Assembly (NCBI GenBank): GCA_017449415.1
Contig: JAFSJO010000045.1
Coordinates: forward strand, 1 to 61,874
DNA length: 61,874 nt
Direction: 5' to 3'
Source: Synergistaceae bacterium
GTDB lineage: Bacteria > Synergistota > Synergistia > Synergistales > Aminobacteriaceae
Made by a program: the position numbers and the translations under genes. The first letter of the stretch is position 1; the number at the start of each line of letters is the position of its first letter. The notes beneath the pieces were generated by a model, which was given only the letters and a program-made list of their open reading frames with translations, was not told the origin of the DNA and searched no databases. Shown one piece after another: positions 36,871-46,361 of the stretch.

Positions 36871-39800
36871 CTAACGAAAATATTCGACGGCTGAGTCAAA
36901 AAATTTCATTCCGTAGTTGCCCGGGACGTTCCGATAGAGGCCAAGGCCGACGCGCTCGACGTGTCCCATGCGCCCTATGATCCGTCCGTCCGGCGAAGTC
37001 AGACACTCAACAGCTCCGAAAGATCCCGAGGGATTGTATTGCGTCTCCATTGAGGGATTGCCATCGAGATCGACATATTGCCCTGCGACCTGTCCTGAAG
37101 TCATGAGCTGCTCGAACGTTGAAGCAGAACACGCAAAACGACCCTCGCCGTGCGAGATCGGGATTGAATACACCTCGCCGACGTTTGTCTGACGGAGCCA
37201 AGGCGAATAATTGGCAATGACACGCGAGTGAATTATCCTCGACTGGTGGCGGCCGATCCTGTTGAATGTCAGCGTCGTGGGCAGCTCGTCAGGCTCACAG
37301 AACTTTCCAAGCGGCAACAGTCCCGTCTTCACGAGAGCTTGAAAGCCGTTGCAGATCCCGCAGACTAGACCGCCGCGAGCGTCAATCAGACTTTCAAGAG
37401 CTTCACGGACGGCCGGGCTTCGTAGGAAGATCGCAATGAACTTCCCTGACCCGTCAGGCTCGTCGCCATTCGAGAAGCCTCCCGGCAACACGAGAGCCTG
37501 CGAACCTCTCAGAGCGTCGGCAAAATCTTCGGCGGATCTCTTCATCAGCTCGGGGGTCAGGCTCTTCACGACGAAGATTTCGGGCTTTCCCCCGGCTTTC
37601 TCAATCGCTTTCGCGGTCTCGTACTCGCAGTTCGTCCCGGCAAAGACGGGGATCAAAAATTTCGGAGCTGAAACGCGGGTTGGCGATGAATGATGCTGTG
37701 GCTCTCGCGTCGCTTCCACATTCGTTATCGTGTCTGCTGGCGCGACCGTCGGGAAAATTTTTTCGAGCGGAGCGTCGTAAGCCTTTTCGGCCTCGGCCAA
37801 GTCGATTGTCTCGCCGCCAAAAATTATTTCGGGTGTCGCGAGGACATGGCCAAGCTCTGGGAAATTTTCAGCTCCGTCGTCGGCAATTTCAATAATGAAT
37901 TTTCCGCGACCATCATCGAGATCGAGCCTCGAAAACTCGAAGCCGAGACCGTTGCCCAAGCACATTTTGAAGACGGCGGCTCTGACTCCCCCGAACGTCG
38001 GCACGGCGCACGCAAGGATCTTCCCACGAGAGTTCAGCTCGTTGACCGTGTCAAAAATTTTCAGCATGGAAGCTCTCTCGGGCAGTCCGCGCTCATCGTA
38101 ATCAGGTTCGAGCAAGATCACCTTCGAGCCTGCGCGTTTGAACTCCGGCGAAAGAATTTTCTTCACGTCCGTTACAGCCACCGCGAAAGATATCAACGTC
38201 GGCGGGACATCGAAATTTCTCCCCTCGCTGTCGGTGAATGAGCCGCTCATTGAGTCCTTACCGCCGATCGCCGCAACGTCGAAATCCAACTGAGCTTTCA
38301 AAGCTCCGAGCAACGCTCCGAACGGAAGCCCCCACCTCTCGGAATCGTCCCCGGGCTTGCCGAAATATTCTTGGAACGTCAGCCAGCAGTTAGCTAACCC
38401 GGCTCCCGCCGCCGCGACCTTACAAAGAGACTCGAGGACTGCGACATAAGCTCCCTCGAAAGTGGATCGCTCGGAGATATAAGGATCGAAGCCCCATGAC
38501 ATCACTGAGCAGGTTTCAGTCTCGTGAAGTCCGACGGGAATTTTCGCCGCCATCGCCTGAGCCGGGGTCTTCTGAAATTTTCCGCCGAACGGCATCAGTA
38601 CGCTGTGCGCTCCGACGGTCGAGTCGAACCTCTCAGCCAGCCCGCGCTTTGAACAGACATTGAGATCAGTGAGTGGTGAGGGGTTAGAGGTGATGGGGTC
38701 TCCGACTCTCACGCTGATGTGCCTCGAAGCTCCGTTGCTGTTGATGAACTCGCGGGATAAATTCACGATCTCACGGCCTCGCCATGTCATCTTCATTCGT
38801 CCTGAGGCATTGACGCGAGCTATGACGGTTGCTTGAACGTCTTCGGCGAGTGCCAAATCTTTCACGCGCTCCGTGTCCTCAGCCGCAACCACGACAGCCA
38901 TACGCTCCTGAGACTCGCTGACGGCGATTTCTGTTCCGTCGAGCCCGGCATATTTCAAGGGCACAGCGTCGAGATTTATATCGAGTCCGTCCGCAAGTTC
39001 GCCGACCGCGACACTGACTCCTCCTGCGCCGAAGTCGTTGCAGCGTTTGATTAGTTTCGTGAAGTTGGGATTTCTGAAAAGTCTTTGAAGCTTTCTCTCC
39101 TCGGGTGCGTTGCCTTTCTGAACCTCCGCGCCTCTGGTCTCGATGAAGCTCGAATTGTGCGAGACTGACGAGCCTGTCGCGCCTCCGATACCGTCCCGAC
39201 CCGTCCGGCCTCCCAACAGCAAGATTAAATCACCGTCCGAAGGTCTCTCGCGTATCACGTTAGCTTCCGGGACTGCCGCGATCACCGCCCCGACCTCCAT
39301 GCGCTTGGCCTTGTAACCCTCGTGATATATCTCGTCGACCAGCCCCGTAGGTATTCCGATCTGATTTCCGTATGAGCTGTAGCCTGCGGCGGCTTTGGTG
39401 ATGATTGCTCGCTGTGATAATTTCCCCGACATCGTTGGCTCGAAAGGACTTGCCGCGCCCGTGATCCTCATAGCCTGATAGACATAAGCGCGACCGGATA
39501 GAGGGTCTCGGATTGCCCCGCCGATACACGTAGCCGCGCCCCCGAAAGGTTCGATCTCGGTCGGGTGGTTGTGGGTCTCGTTCTTGAACAGCAACAGCCA
39601 CGACTCGATCGCGCCGTCGACATCGACGTTAATCCTGACTGTGCAGGCGTTGTTCTCCTCGGAGCTTACGAGAGCGGGGAGCTTGCCTTTCGACTTCAGA
39701 TACTTCGCGCCTATCGTAGCGATGTCCATGAGAGTTACGGGTCTGTCTTCGGGATAGCCAAGCTCCTTGCGGATCGACAAATAATTTTCGTAGACTTCCA

Positions 39801-40491
39801 AAACTTTTTCGTCTCTAAGCTCCGCGCTGTCGATGTGAGTTGAGAATGTCGTGTGGCGACAGTGGTCTGACCAGTAAGTATCGAGGACTTTTATTTCTGT
39901 CTCTGTTGGGTCGCGGCCTTCGGACTCGAAATATTTTCTGCAACATTCAAGATCCTCCGTGCTCATGGCGAGATTTTTTAATTCGGAAAGTTTTTCGGTT
40001 TCGATTGTCTTAACGTCTTCTGGGCGAGAGTATTCGGCTTCGAGGAATTGATATTCTTCTAACTGAGCTTCGCGGGCTTCGACGGGGTTGATTAAAAATT
40101 TCCTCACGCCGTCAAAATTTTTAACGTCGCCATAGAAAATATAAATTCGCGCAGTCCTCACGACGGGTCGGAAGCCAAGCAAGAGCATCGCGCACTGTTC
40201 GGCTGCGTCGGCTCGCTGGTCGTACTGTCCGGGCAGAGCCTCAACCGCCAGAATATTACTCGCGTCATCGGGGAGAGCTTCGAGTGTCTCGTCAGTGAAA
40301 CGCTCGGCGAAGATTAAATTTCTGCACGCCTCAAAGTCTCGAGCTTCAAGTCCCTCAACGTCGTAGCGATTTAATATTCTGAGCCTTGAAAGATTTTCGT
40401 TGCCGGGAATGTTTCGGAGTTCGTTCAATAAAGAGACAGCTTCAAAGTTCTCACGGTCTTTGCGCTCCGTGTAGAGTCTGAATACGGACAT
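36871..40491 (-). CDS. purL: Phosphoribosylformylglycinamidine (FGAM) synthase, large single-chain form with a glutaminase domain
   Basis: 1206 aa with ETHNHPTEIEPFGGAATCIGG, duplicated AIRS-type domains and a C-terminal GATase with GICNGFQ and a HGEGRF motif. Confidence 0.95.
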   Translation of the reverse strand: MSVFRLYTERKDRENFEAVSLLNELRNIPGNENLSRLRILNRYDVEGLEARDFEACRNLIFAERFTDETLEALPDDASNILAVEALPGQYDQRADAAEQCAMLLLGFRPVVRTARIYIFYGDVKNFDGVRKFLINPVEAREAQLEEYQFLEAEYSRPEDVKTIETEKLSELKNLAMSTEDLECCRKYFESEGRDPTETEIKVLDTYWSDHCRHTTFSTHIDSAELRDEKVLEVYENYLSIRKELGYPEDRPVTLMDIATIGAKYLKSKGKLPALVSSEENNACTVRINVDVDGAIESWLLLFKNETHNHPTEIEPFGGAATCIGGAIRDPLSGRAYVYQAMRITGAASPFEPTMSGKLSQRAIITKAAAGYSSYGNQIGIPTGLVDEIYHEGYKAKRMEVGAVIAAVPEANVIRERPSDGDLILLLGGRTGRDGIGGATGSSVSHNSSFIETRGAEVQKGNAPEERKLQRLFRNPNFTKLIKRCNDFGAGGVSVAVGELADGLDINLDAVPLKYAGLDGTEIAVSESQERMAVVVAAEDTERVKDLALAEDVQATVIARVNASGRMKMTWRGREIVNLSREFINSNGASRHISVRVGDPITSNPSPLTDLNVCSKRGLAERFDSTVGAHSVLMPFGGKFQKTPAQAMAAKIPVGLHETETCSVMSWGFDPYISERSTFEGAYVAVLESLCKVAAAGAGLANCWLTFQEYFGKPGDDSERWGLPFGALLGALKAQLDFDVAAIGGKDSMSGSFTDSEGRNFDVPPTLISFAVAVTDVKKILSPEFKRAGSKVILLEPDYDERGLPERASMLKIFDTVNELNSRGKILACAVPTFGGVRAAVFKMCLGNGLGFEFSRLDLDDGRGKFIIEIADDGAENFPELGHVLATPEIIFGGETIDLAEAEKAYDAPLEKIFPTVAPADTITNVEATREPQHHSSPTRVSAPKFLIPVFAGTNCEYETAKAIEKAGGKPEIFVVKSLTPELMKRSAEDFADALRGSQALVLPGGFSNGDEPDGSGKFIAIFLRSPAVREALESLIDARGGLVCGICNGFQALVKTGLLPLGKFCEPDELPTTLTFNRIGRHQSRIIHSRVIANYSPWLRQTNVGEVYSIPISHGEGRFACSASTFEQLMTSGQVAGQYVDLDGNPSMETQYNPSGSFGAVECLTSPDGRIIGRMGHVERVGLGLYRNVPGNYGMKFFDSAVEYFR
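38669..38696 (+). repeat. Heptamer array (GTGAGTG)(GTGAGGG)(GTTAGAG)(GTGATGG) inside purL, antisense to the gene
   Basis: On the purL sense strand it is read in frame as ..PITSNPSPLT.., in a linker segment of the protein. Confidence 0.5.
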
Positions 40492-40496
40492 AAAAA

Positions 40497-41375
40497 TTAA
40501 ATTCCTTTCTTCAAAAAGTTCTGAGGCGGCTGCCTTGTGTAGGTCAACAGCTCCTCGAACGGGTCGGACTTTTGCGAGGGCACGGGCTTGATGCGTTCAA
40601 AATTTGATATTGGGTAAGGTCTCGCGCTGCCGGTAACGCTCCGCAAAATTATGTGAGCTTTATCGTCGCCCACGAGCATCGGCACGACCGTCGAGGCATC
40701 GACCTCACACGCGAAGATGATATCGCGCCCGAAGCCGATATGTTTCAGATAGTCGGCGTGGTTGGACTTCTCGACGCACGAGAGCAGATTGCCGCCCCTG
40801 CTTCGCCACGTGGTCAGAGCTATCCTCGCGCTGTCGGAGAAGACAGTCTCGCCATGAGCCTGCAAACTCTCAATGACAGCTCCGGCACATAGAGTATCTT
40901 CCCACGATGGCCGGCTCTTTCGTCCCGAGCATAATATCCCGATCCGATCCCCGAGCGTCAGCGCGTGATCCAGACACGCCGAAATATTTCTGAAGCTCGC
41001 AGCTATGACGGGACTGCCTGACGAGAAAGCTTCGTTTAGCGCGACAGTTCCGTCGGTCGTGGACATGACACCGCAGTAATGTTCTTGGATAAGCTCGTAG
41101 CTCAGCTCTAAAGGAGAGTTACCCATGTCGAACCCCTCCGGGGGGATCCCGTTCACCTCACCCATGAGCAACGGAGACGAGCCGCGCTCCTGCAACTCAA
41201 GGACGAGCCGCCGAGCTTCGTCAGGACTCTTGACGGGATACAGCTCCGTGCCGCCAAGCTCAAACCATCGAGTCATAACAGTAGTGGCCCGCAACACATC
41301 GATCACGAGCCACACGTCAACAACGGGAAGAAAATTATTCTCCCCGCAAGAGAAAACTAAATCGGCCTCAAACAT
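40497..41375 (-). CDS. 2-phosphosulfolactate phosphatase (ComB) family protein
   Basis: 292 aa with the VIDVLRATT motif near the N-terminus and TTDGT downstream. Confidence 0.7.
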   Translation of the reverse strand: MFEADLVFSCGENNFLPVVDVWLVIDVLRATTVMTRWFELGGTELYPVKSPDEARRLVLELQERGSSPLLMGEVNGIPPEGFDMGNSPLELSYELIQEHYCGVMSTTDGTVALNEAFSSGSPVIAASFRNISACLDHALTLGDRIGILCSGRKSRPSWEDTLCAGAVIESLQAHGETVFSDSARIALTTWRSRGGNLLSCVEKSNHADYLKHIGFGRDIIFACEVDASTVVPMLVGDDKAHIILRSVTGSARPYPISNFERIKPVPSQKSDPFEELLTYTRQPPQNFLKKGI

Positions 41376-41400
41376 TCTTTAAGTCCTTAGATGTTCGTCA

Positions 41401-42837
41401 TTAGTAGGCTTTTGCGAAAATTGTGAGTTTTGCGTTGTCTTGGCCGGTCATGAAACATTTTCCGAGGTGTTCGCCCGGCACGATGCAACGAGGGGTCGCG
41501 CCCGTGTCCTCGCGTATCTTGACCTCGTCTTCGGGAGTCCCGGCGAAGTAAGCACGAACAAAGCCGCCTTTCGTCTCGATGATCTCTTTCAGCTCGTCGT
41601 AGCTTTGCGCGTCGTGAGTGTTCTCGTCTCTGAAAGTCTTCGCCCGCGTGAACATGTTGGCTTGAATGTCAGCAAGAATATTCTTCACCGTCGGGATCAC
41701 GTTCTCGGCCTTAACATCGAGCTTCTCGCCCGTGTCGCGACGAACGAGCCTGACGGTCCCGGCCTGCAGATCTTTCTCGCCAAGTTCGAGCCTCAACGGG
41801 ATCCCCTGCTGGAGGTGAGTGAAAAATCTGTCGCCCGGCCTCATATGGAAGTCCGTGTCGACCTTCGTGAACATGCCGCCGAGTTCTTCGTCTAGTTTAG
41901 CTGAAAGTTCTTTGGCTTTCGGGAGGATTTCATTCGCCGCGACGCTTTCATCTTTCGAGATTGGCAGGATCACGGCCTTGACGGGAGCGATATTCGGAGG
42001 GACGATCAAACCGTCGTTGTCGGAGTGAACCATGATAAGTGCGCCGATCAAACGCGTCGAGACACCCCAGCTCGATGTCCAGCAATATTGGAGGTTGCCT
42101 TCCTTGTCCTGATATTGAATCTCGAAAGCCTTTGCGAAGTTCTGACCGAGGAAGTGGCTCGTTCCGGCTTGCAAAGCTCGCGTGTCGCTCATCATGGCCT
42201 CACATGTGTAAGTGTGATCCGCGCCCGGGAACCTTTCGCCCTCAGTTTTCTCGCCGGCAATGACGGGGATAGCAAGCTCGTTCTCTATGATGTCGCGATA
42301 CACTCCGAGCATCTTCAAAGTTTCTTCCTGAGCTTCCTCGGCCGTGGCGTGGGCTGTGTGTCCCTCCTGCCAAAGAAATTCCGACGTTCGCAAGAACAAC
42401 CGCGGCCTCTTCTCCCAGCGCATGACGTTGCACCACTGATTAATCAGGACAGGCAGGTCGCGCCACGATTGAATCCATTTTGAATACATGTAACCTATGA
42501 CGGTCTCGGAGGTCGGACGGATCGCGAAAGGCTCTTCGAGTTCTTCGCCGCCCGCGTGGGTTACCATTGCAAGCTCGGGGGAGAAGCCCTCGACATGCTC
42601 AGCCTCTTTCTTAAAGAACGAATCAGGGATCAGCAGAGGGAAATAAGCGTTTACGTGCCCGGTTTTCTTGAAAGCGTCATCAAACTTCTTTTGAATACTC
42701 TCCCATATCGCGTAGCCTGTCGGCCTTATGACCATGCAGCCGCGCACGGGAGCGTAGTCCGCCATTCCGGCAGCCTTGATAACGTCGAGATACCACTGCG
42801 AATAATTTTCATCTTTCGGTGTTATGTTTCGTGCCAC
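41401..42837 (-). CDS. proS: Proline--tRNA ligase (short archaeal/eukaryote-like type)
   Basis: I place the start at GTG 42837 (VARNITPKDENYSQWY..), 8 nt after AAGGAGA. It is 478 aa, has class II motifs and ends ..FAKAY. Confidence 0.9.
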   Translation of the reverse strand: MARNITPKDENYSQWYLDVIKAAGMADYAPVRGCMVIRPTGYAIWESIQKKFDDAFKKTGHVNAYFPLLIPDSFFKKEAEHVEGFSPELAMVTHAGGEELEEPFAIRPTSETVIGYMYSKWIQSWRDLPVLINQWCNVMRWEKRPRLFLRTSEFLWQEGHTAHATAEEAQEETLKMLGVYRDIIENELAIPVIAGEKTEGERFPGADHTYTCEAMMSDTRALQAGTSHFLGQNFAKAFEIQYQDKEGNLQYCWTSSWGVSTRLIGALIMVHSDNDGLIVPPNIAPVKAVILPISKDESVAANEILPKAKELSAKLDEELGGMFTKVDTDFHMRPGDRFFTHLQQGIPLRLELGEKDLQAGTVRLVRRDTGEKLDVKAENVIPTVKNILADIQANMFTRAKTFRDENTHDAQSYDELKEIIETKGGFVRAYFAGTPEDEVKIREDTGATPRCIVPGEHLGKCFMTGQDNAKLTIFAKAY

Positions 42838-42872
42838 TTTTGAAGTCTCCTTTTGAAATAAAATTTGTGCGA

Positions 42873-43259
42873 TTACCAAAGAGTTTTAACTTCGGTATAT
42901 TTTATTATGTTTCTGTCGTTTGTAAGAAGCGTCAAATCTTCTTCAACGGCTGTCGCCGTTATGATGCGGTCGAAAGGGTCTCTATGAATGAGCGGGAGCT
43001 TTTGAATCCTCTCGAAATATTTGCTCTGAAGAAGAGGAAGAAGCTCGATTTTGTTTTCATCACACTTCTTTTCGAGGTCAAAACTTGTCATTTGAAGATT
43101 TAGCTTTCCGATGGTCTTTTTGATCGCTATCTCCCAAAAAGTGGCCTGACTCACTGAAATTTCCTCAGCGTTGTCAATAAGATCTCTCATAGCAAGCGGA
43201 AGTCTATCACTGGTTTCAATGTACAAGATGAACGTGCATGTATCCATTAAGTACTTCAC
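42873..43259 (-). CDS. vapC: PIN-domain toxin, VapC family (type II toxin-antitoxin)
   Basis: 128 aa with the acidic PIN residues MDT, WEIAIK and HRDPFDRIITATA. It overlaps the upstream antitoxin gene by 4 nt. Confidence 0.85.
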   Translation of the reverse strand: MKYLMDTCTFILYIETSDRLPLAMRDLIDNAEEISVSQATFWEIAIKKTIGKLNLQMTSFDLEKKCDENKIELLPLLQSKYFERIQKLPLIHRDPFDRIITATAVEEDLTLLTNDRNIIKYTEVKTLW

Positions 43260-43549
43260 ACAGCTACCTCCTGCAATTCAGCTTCCTCAAACGCAGTGTT
43301 TGTTGTACGCATGACCTGCAGAACCCGCATTTCCTTTTCAGAAACGATTTCAAGAGAATCATTGAAATCAGGGGACATGTAAATCTCGCCTTTTATCCAG
43401 CCTCCTCGGCGCAGTGGCTTTTCGACAAGCCTTTCCCCTGACTCTTTTTTCGGCGAATTATCCAGAAAGCGCGCAAACTCGATCAACATCGGCAGCTTGG
43501 CCTCCGGAACTTTCTCAACCGCCGCTATAGCTTCTTCACGTAGCGTCAT
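43256..43549 (-). CDS. Type II antitoxin partner of VapC (DUF2281-like)
   Basis: 97 aa. The N-terminus (AIAAVEKVPEAKLPMLIEFARFL) and the GWIKGEIYMSPDFNDSLE motif resemble antitoxins paired with PIN toxins. A TATAAT lies about 35 nt upstream. Confidence 0.65.
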   Translation of the reverse strand: MTLREEAIAAVEKVPEAKLPMLIEFARFLDNSPKKESGERLVEKPLRRGGWIKGEIYMSPDFNDSLEIVSEKEMRVLQVMRTTNTAFEEAELQEVAV

Positions 43550-43588
43550 TGTGATTATTTCCTCCTTCGATATCTAGTAACCCGATAA

Positions 43589-44167
43589 TTATACAGGCCG
43601 CCTCGCGCAAAGCTCAATCGAGCAATCCCCGCAAAGCCCCTTCGACCTCAGCCACTCTGACGCAGGGTGAAAGCCAAGCCCGAGATATGACGCTGTCTGT
43701 AGGTGCAGGCACTTCACGTTCACGCTTTCGCAGTCGTATCTCATGCCGCCGATGCCACCCCGGATTAAAGTTTTGAAAATTTTCCCGCGATACTTCCTCA
43801 TAAACCTGCTCACGTTCCTGTTGAGCAAGCTCAAGCGCACAGCCTGATGAATGAAGTTATATCTGCGCCACTCACGCTCAAGCCCGCGAGCCTTTATGTA
43901 CTCTTCAAGCTCTCGAACTCCGCCGTCAGACTCGACAGTCCCGGCTCTCCTTGCGAGATACGGACACATGAGCCAGAATGTCGTGGGGAATGGCCGAAGC
44001 TTATTCGAGAGCGGCTTGCATGTTATGACCTGAACATGATTGAAGCGGCATCTTTTCACGCCAACGATCAAAGATTTATCGAAGCGTCGCTGCCTGTCGG
44101 GCTGGATATCAAAAACGGGAGATGATCTTTCACACCTCCCGCTCTTCATAAAAAAAGGAGTATACAT
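43589..44167 (-). CDS. DUF501 domain-containing protein
   Basis: 192 aa with the PFPTTFWLMCPYL motif, which I associate with DUF501. Confidence 0.65.
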   Translation of the reverse strand: MYTPFFMKSGRCERSSPVFDIQPDRQRRFDKSLIVGVKRCRFNHVQVITCKPLSNKLRPFPTTFWLMCPYLARRAGTVESDGGVRELEEYIKARGLEREWRRYNFIHQAVRLSLLNRNVSRFMRKYRGKIFKTLIRGGIGGMRYDCESVNVKCLHLQTASYLGLGFHPASEWLRSKGLCGDCSIELCARRPV

Positions 44168-44173
44168 ACGCTG

Positions 44174-44764
44174 TCAGAAATCCCGGCTGTTTCTGCGTCT
44201 GGTGCTTCGGCCTGAGCGCGCGGACTTTCGGGTATTGAGATCCGTTATCTTGGCTTCGCTGGTCTTTAGGAACGAGGCCATCTTCTTCTCGAATGTGTCA
44301 GCCTCCTCGGGGTGGCTTTCCCTGTATGCCTCTCGTGCGTCAAAGAAATCTCTCGTCTCACGAAGCTCACGAGGCTCGCGTACGTTGCTTGCGTTCTGGT
44401 CTCTGTTGATGGTTCGCTGTGGTTTGAAATTTTCGCGCCGTTCATAGCTCGGCGAGGTTGCGGGCTTTGAAAATTTTTGTGGTTGAGGTGCTGGCGGCTC
44501 TGTGGTCTGCTTCAGGGATAAGTCGATGCGTCCCCGCTCGTCGATTTTGATCACTTTGGCTTTGACGCTGTCGTGAATTTTTACGATCTCGTTGATGTCC
44601 TTGACAAAGCCATAAGACAGCTCGGAAATGTGTATCATTCCTTTGCGGCCATTGGCGGCGATCCTCACGAACACGCCGTAAGGCATTATCTGCTCGACAG
44701 TGCAGTCGACTATATCTCCTGTGTTTAATCCGGCTGAAGGGTCTGTGTTATTAACCGTAGCCAT
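44174..44764 (-). CDS. S1 RNA-binding domain protein (general stress protein 13-like)
   Basis: 196 aa. The N-terminal S1 fold reads GDIVDCTVEQIMPYGVFVRIAANGRKGMIHISEL..VKAKVIKIDERGRIDLSLK. The tail is basic and charged. Confidence 0.8.
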   Translation of the reverse strand: MATVNNTDPSAGLNTGDIVDCTVEQIMPYGVFVRIAANGRKGMIHISELSYGFVKDINEIVKIHDSVKAKVIKIDERGRIDLSLKQTTEPPAPQPQKFSKPATSPSYERRENFKPQRTINRDQNASNVREPRELRETRDFFDAREAYRESHPEEADTFEKKMASFLKTSEAKITDLNTRKSARSGRSTRRRNSRDF

Positions 44765-44843
44765 ATGAAAACTTTACTCCCTCGAAAAAAATTTTTCTGA
44801 ATATTTTACCGCAAAACGATTTACGACGCTCTGAAACTTTCAG

Positions 44844-45440
44844 CTATATCCAACGCCATTCGGGCTTCGACCCCATGCCGAGGCGGCGGATCAGGTAGAC
44901 GCTTCGAGCCTTGAATTGTCTGCTGCCGGGCTTGTACCAGATTAGGAGAGTTCCGCGCTGTTTGTTCAACACGAGCTTCTCTACAGCACCTTCGACGATC
45001 GGCCCGTAGCACGCCAACAGCATTTCGTTATTCGCGACGTTCGGCCGCTTCTTTTGAAGCTTCAGCGTGTTCCCGCGCTCCTGTGGCAATGCCTGAACTT
45101 GTTTCAAGCCTGATGACGTTCGGATCTTCTTGTCGAATGACATCGTGTGAGTCTTCACGTCCTGCTTGACGAAGCGTTTTATCTTTACGTTCTTGGCGTG
45201 TACCGGCTCCGTCAGAAATTTCGCTTTCTTGGCCGTGCATCTCATCTTCAACCTTACGGACTCGAAATCAATAGTCTTTGAAACTTCGACCTTTATTTTG
45301 GGATACATTCGCTGAGTTGCGACCCTGCGCGGAGTCTTCACGATCTCAGGGCGATCCATTCGGAAATCGTCGATCCTGTAGACAGGCACGTCCTTGATGA
45401 CATGGCGGGCGATGAAATCACGCACTCCATCGAGCGGCAT
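44844..45440 (-). CDS. Hypothetical, strongly basic protein
   Basis: 198 aa from ATG 45440 (MPLDGVRDF..), 10 nt after GGAGG. It is Lys/Arg-rich throughout and I recognise no family. The longer track ORF to 45539 overlaps the upstream gene. Confidence 0.5.
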   Translation of the reverse strand: MPLDGVRDFIARHVIKDVPVYRIDDFRMDRPEIVKTPRRVATQRMYPKIKVEVSKTIDFESVRLKMRCTAKKAKFLTEPVHAKNVKIKRFVKQDVKTHTMSFDKKIRTSSGLKQVQALPQERGNTLKLQKKRPNVANNEMLLACYGPIVEGAVEKLVLNKQRGTLLIWYKPGSRQFKARSVYLIRRLGMGSKPEWRWI

Positions 45441-45445
45441 TGATA

Positions 45446-46000
45446 TTAACTCCTTCCGGTCGCTAAAAAGTTCAGAGCCTTCTGAAGCCTGTTGAACGGT
45501 TCGAGTATGACCATCGAGGCTGCCGCTTCTGCAAGACACGCCGCGACCTGCTGAACCTCTTCGGGGCGAGTGCCGTCGGGGAACTCAGCTCGTAACGGTG
45601 CACCGCTGGGGTCGGCCTGCATGAAGAACACTCCCGGCTCCGCTGTGGTCTCAACATGCCCGGGCGCGTCTAACGGAACATGAGGCGACTCGTCGAGCAT
45701 GACTGTCTTTATTTTGCTCGTTATTCGCAGTGGCGCGAGCAGATCGCCGTCGTTGCAGATCCATAACTGAGGCTGGATTTCGATAGCGTCGAGGAGGCTT
45801 TCAAGGATCAACTTCTCTTTCGCATATTTCCCGAAAGACTCCCCGTATAAAATCCTCGCCAGAGCGTCCGGCCTAAGCGGGTCAGTCCGTGCGAAGTCCA
45901 AAGGGAAGCCCTTAACGTCAGTAACCAGAGCCGCACCGCGTATCTGCGACTCAGTCCCCTCTATGATTATGTAGCCTAACGAATTGTTCTGTGAAGCCAT
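45446..46000 (-). CDS. Hypothetical protein
   Basis: 184 aa (MASQNNSLGYIIIEGTESQIRGAALVTDVKGFPLDF..). I recognise no family. It lies 5 nt upstream of the basic protein gene. Confidence 0.55.
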   Translation of the reverse strand: MASQNNSLGYIIIEGTESQIRGAALVTDVKGFPLDFARTDPLRPDALARILYGESFGKYAKEKLILESLLDAIEIQPQLWICNDGDLLAPLRITSKIKTVMLDESPHVPLDAPGHVETTAEPGVFFMQADPSGAPLRAEFPDGTRPEEVQQVAACLAEAAASMVILEPFNRLQKALNFLATGRS

Positions 46001-46022
46001 AAAAATTTTTCTCCTTTGTAAT

Positions 46023-46361
46023 CTAATCGTCGAGCTTGAACTTCAAGACCTCGCCTGTTACAGCGTCGATCTCGAAATCGTATTCACGGCCTCCGCTGAG
46101 ACATTCAAACTCATATACAGGTCTGAAGTCCGAGCCGTTCGGGTAATCGTCAGCTTCGTTGTCGAGGTCGAAATCTTTGAAGCGAACGTTCGCCGAGCCG
46201 AGACGCTTTACCGCGATATCTTTCGCCTGTTCGATGGTGAGCAGCTTCATATCTCTGCGGGCGGCTTCCTCGCGGACGTAACGGCCATCTTTCGCCAAAA
46301 CCTGACCGACTGACGCGAACATCAACACGACAGCGATTAAAGCGCAAATTCTCTTCTTCAT
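46023..46361 (-). CDS. PepSY domain-containing secreted protein
   Basis: 112 aa with a signal peptide. Its C-terminus, YEFECLSGGREYDFEIDAVTGEVLKFKLDD, is typical of PepSY. Confidence 0.7.
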   Translation of the reverse strand: MKKRICALIAVVLMFASVGQVLAKDGRYVREEAARRDMKLLTIEQAKDIAVKRLGSANVRFKDFDLDNEADDYPNGSDFRPVYEFECLSGGREYDFEIDAVTGEVLKFKLDD

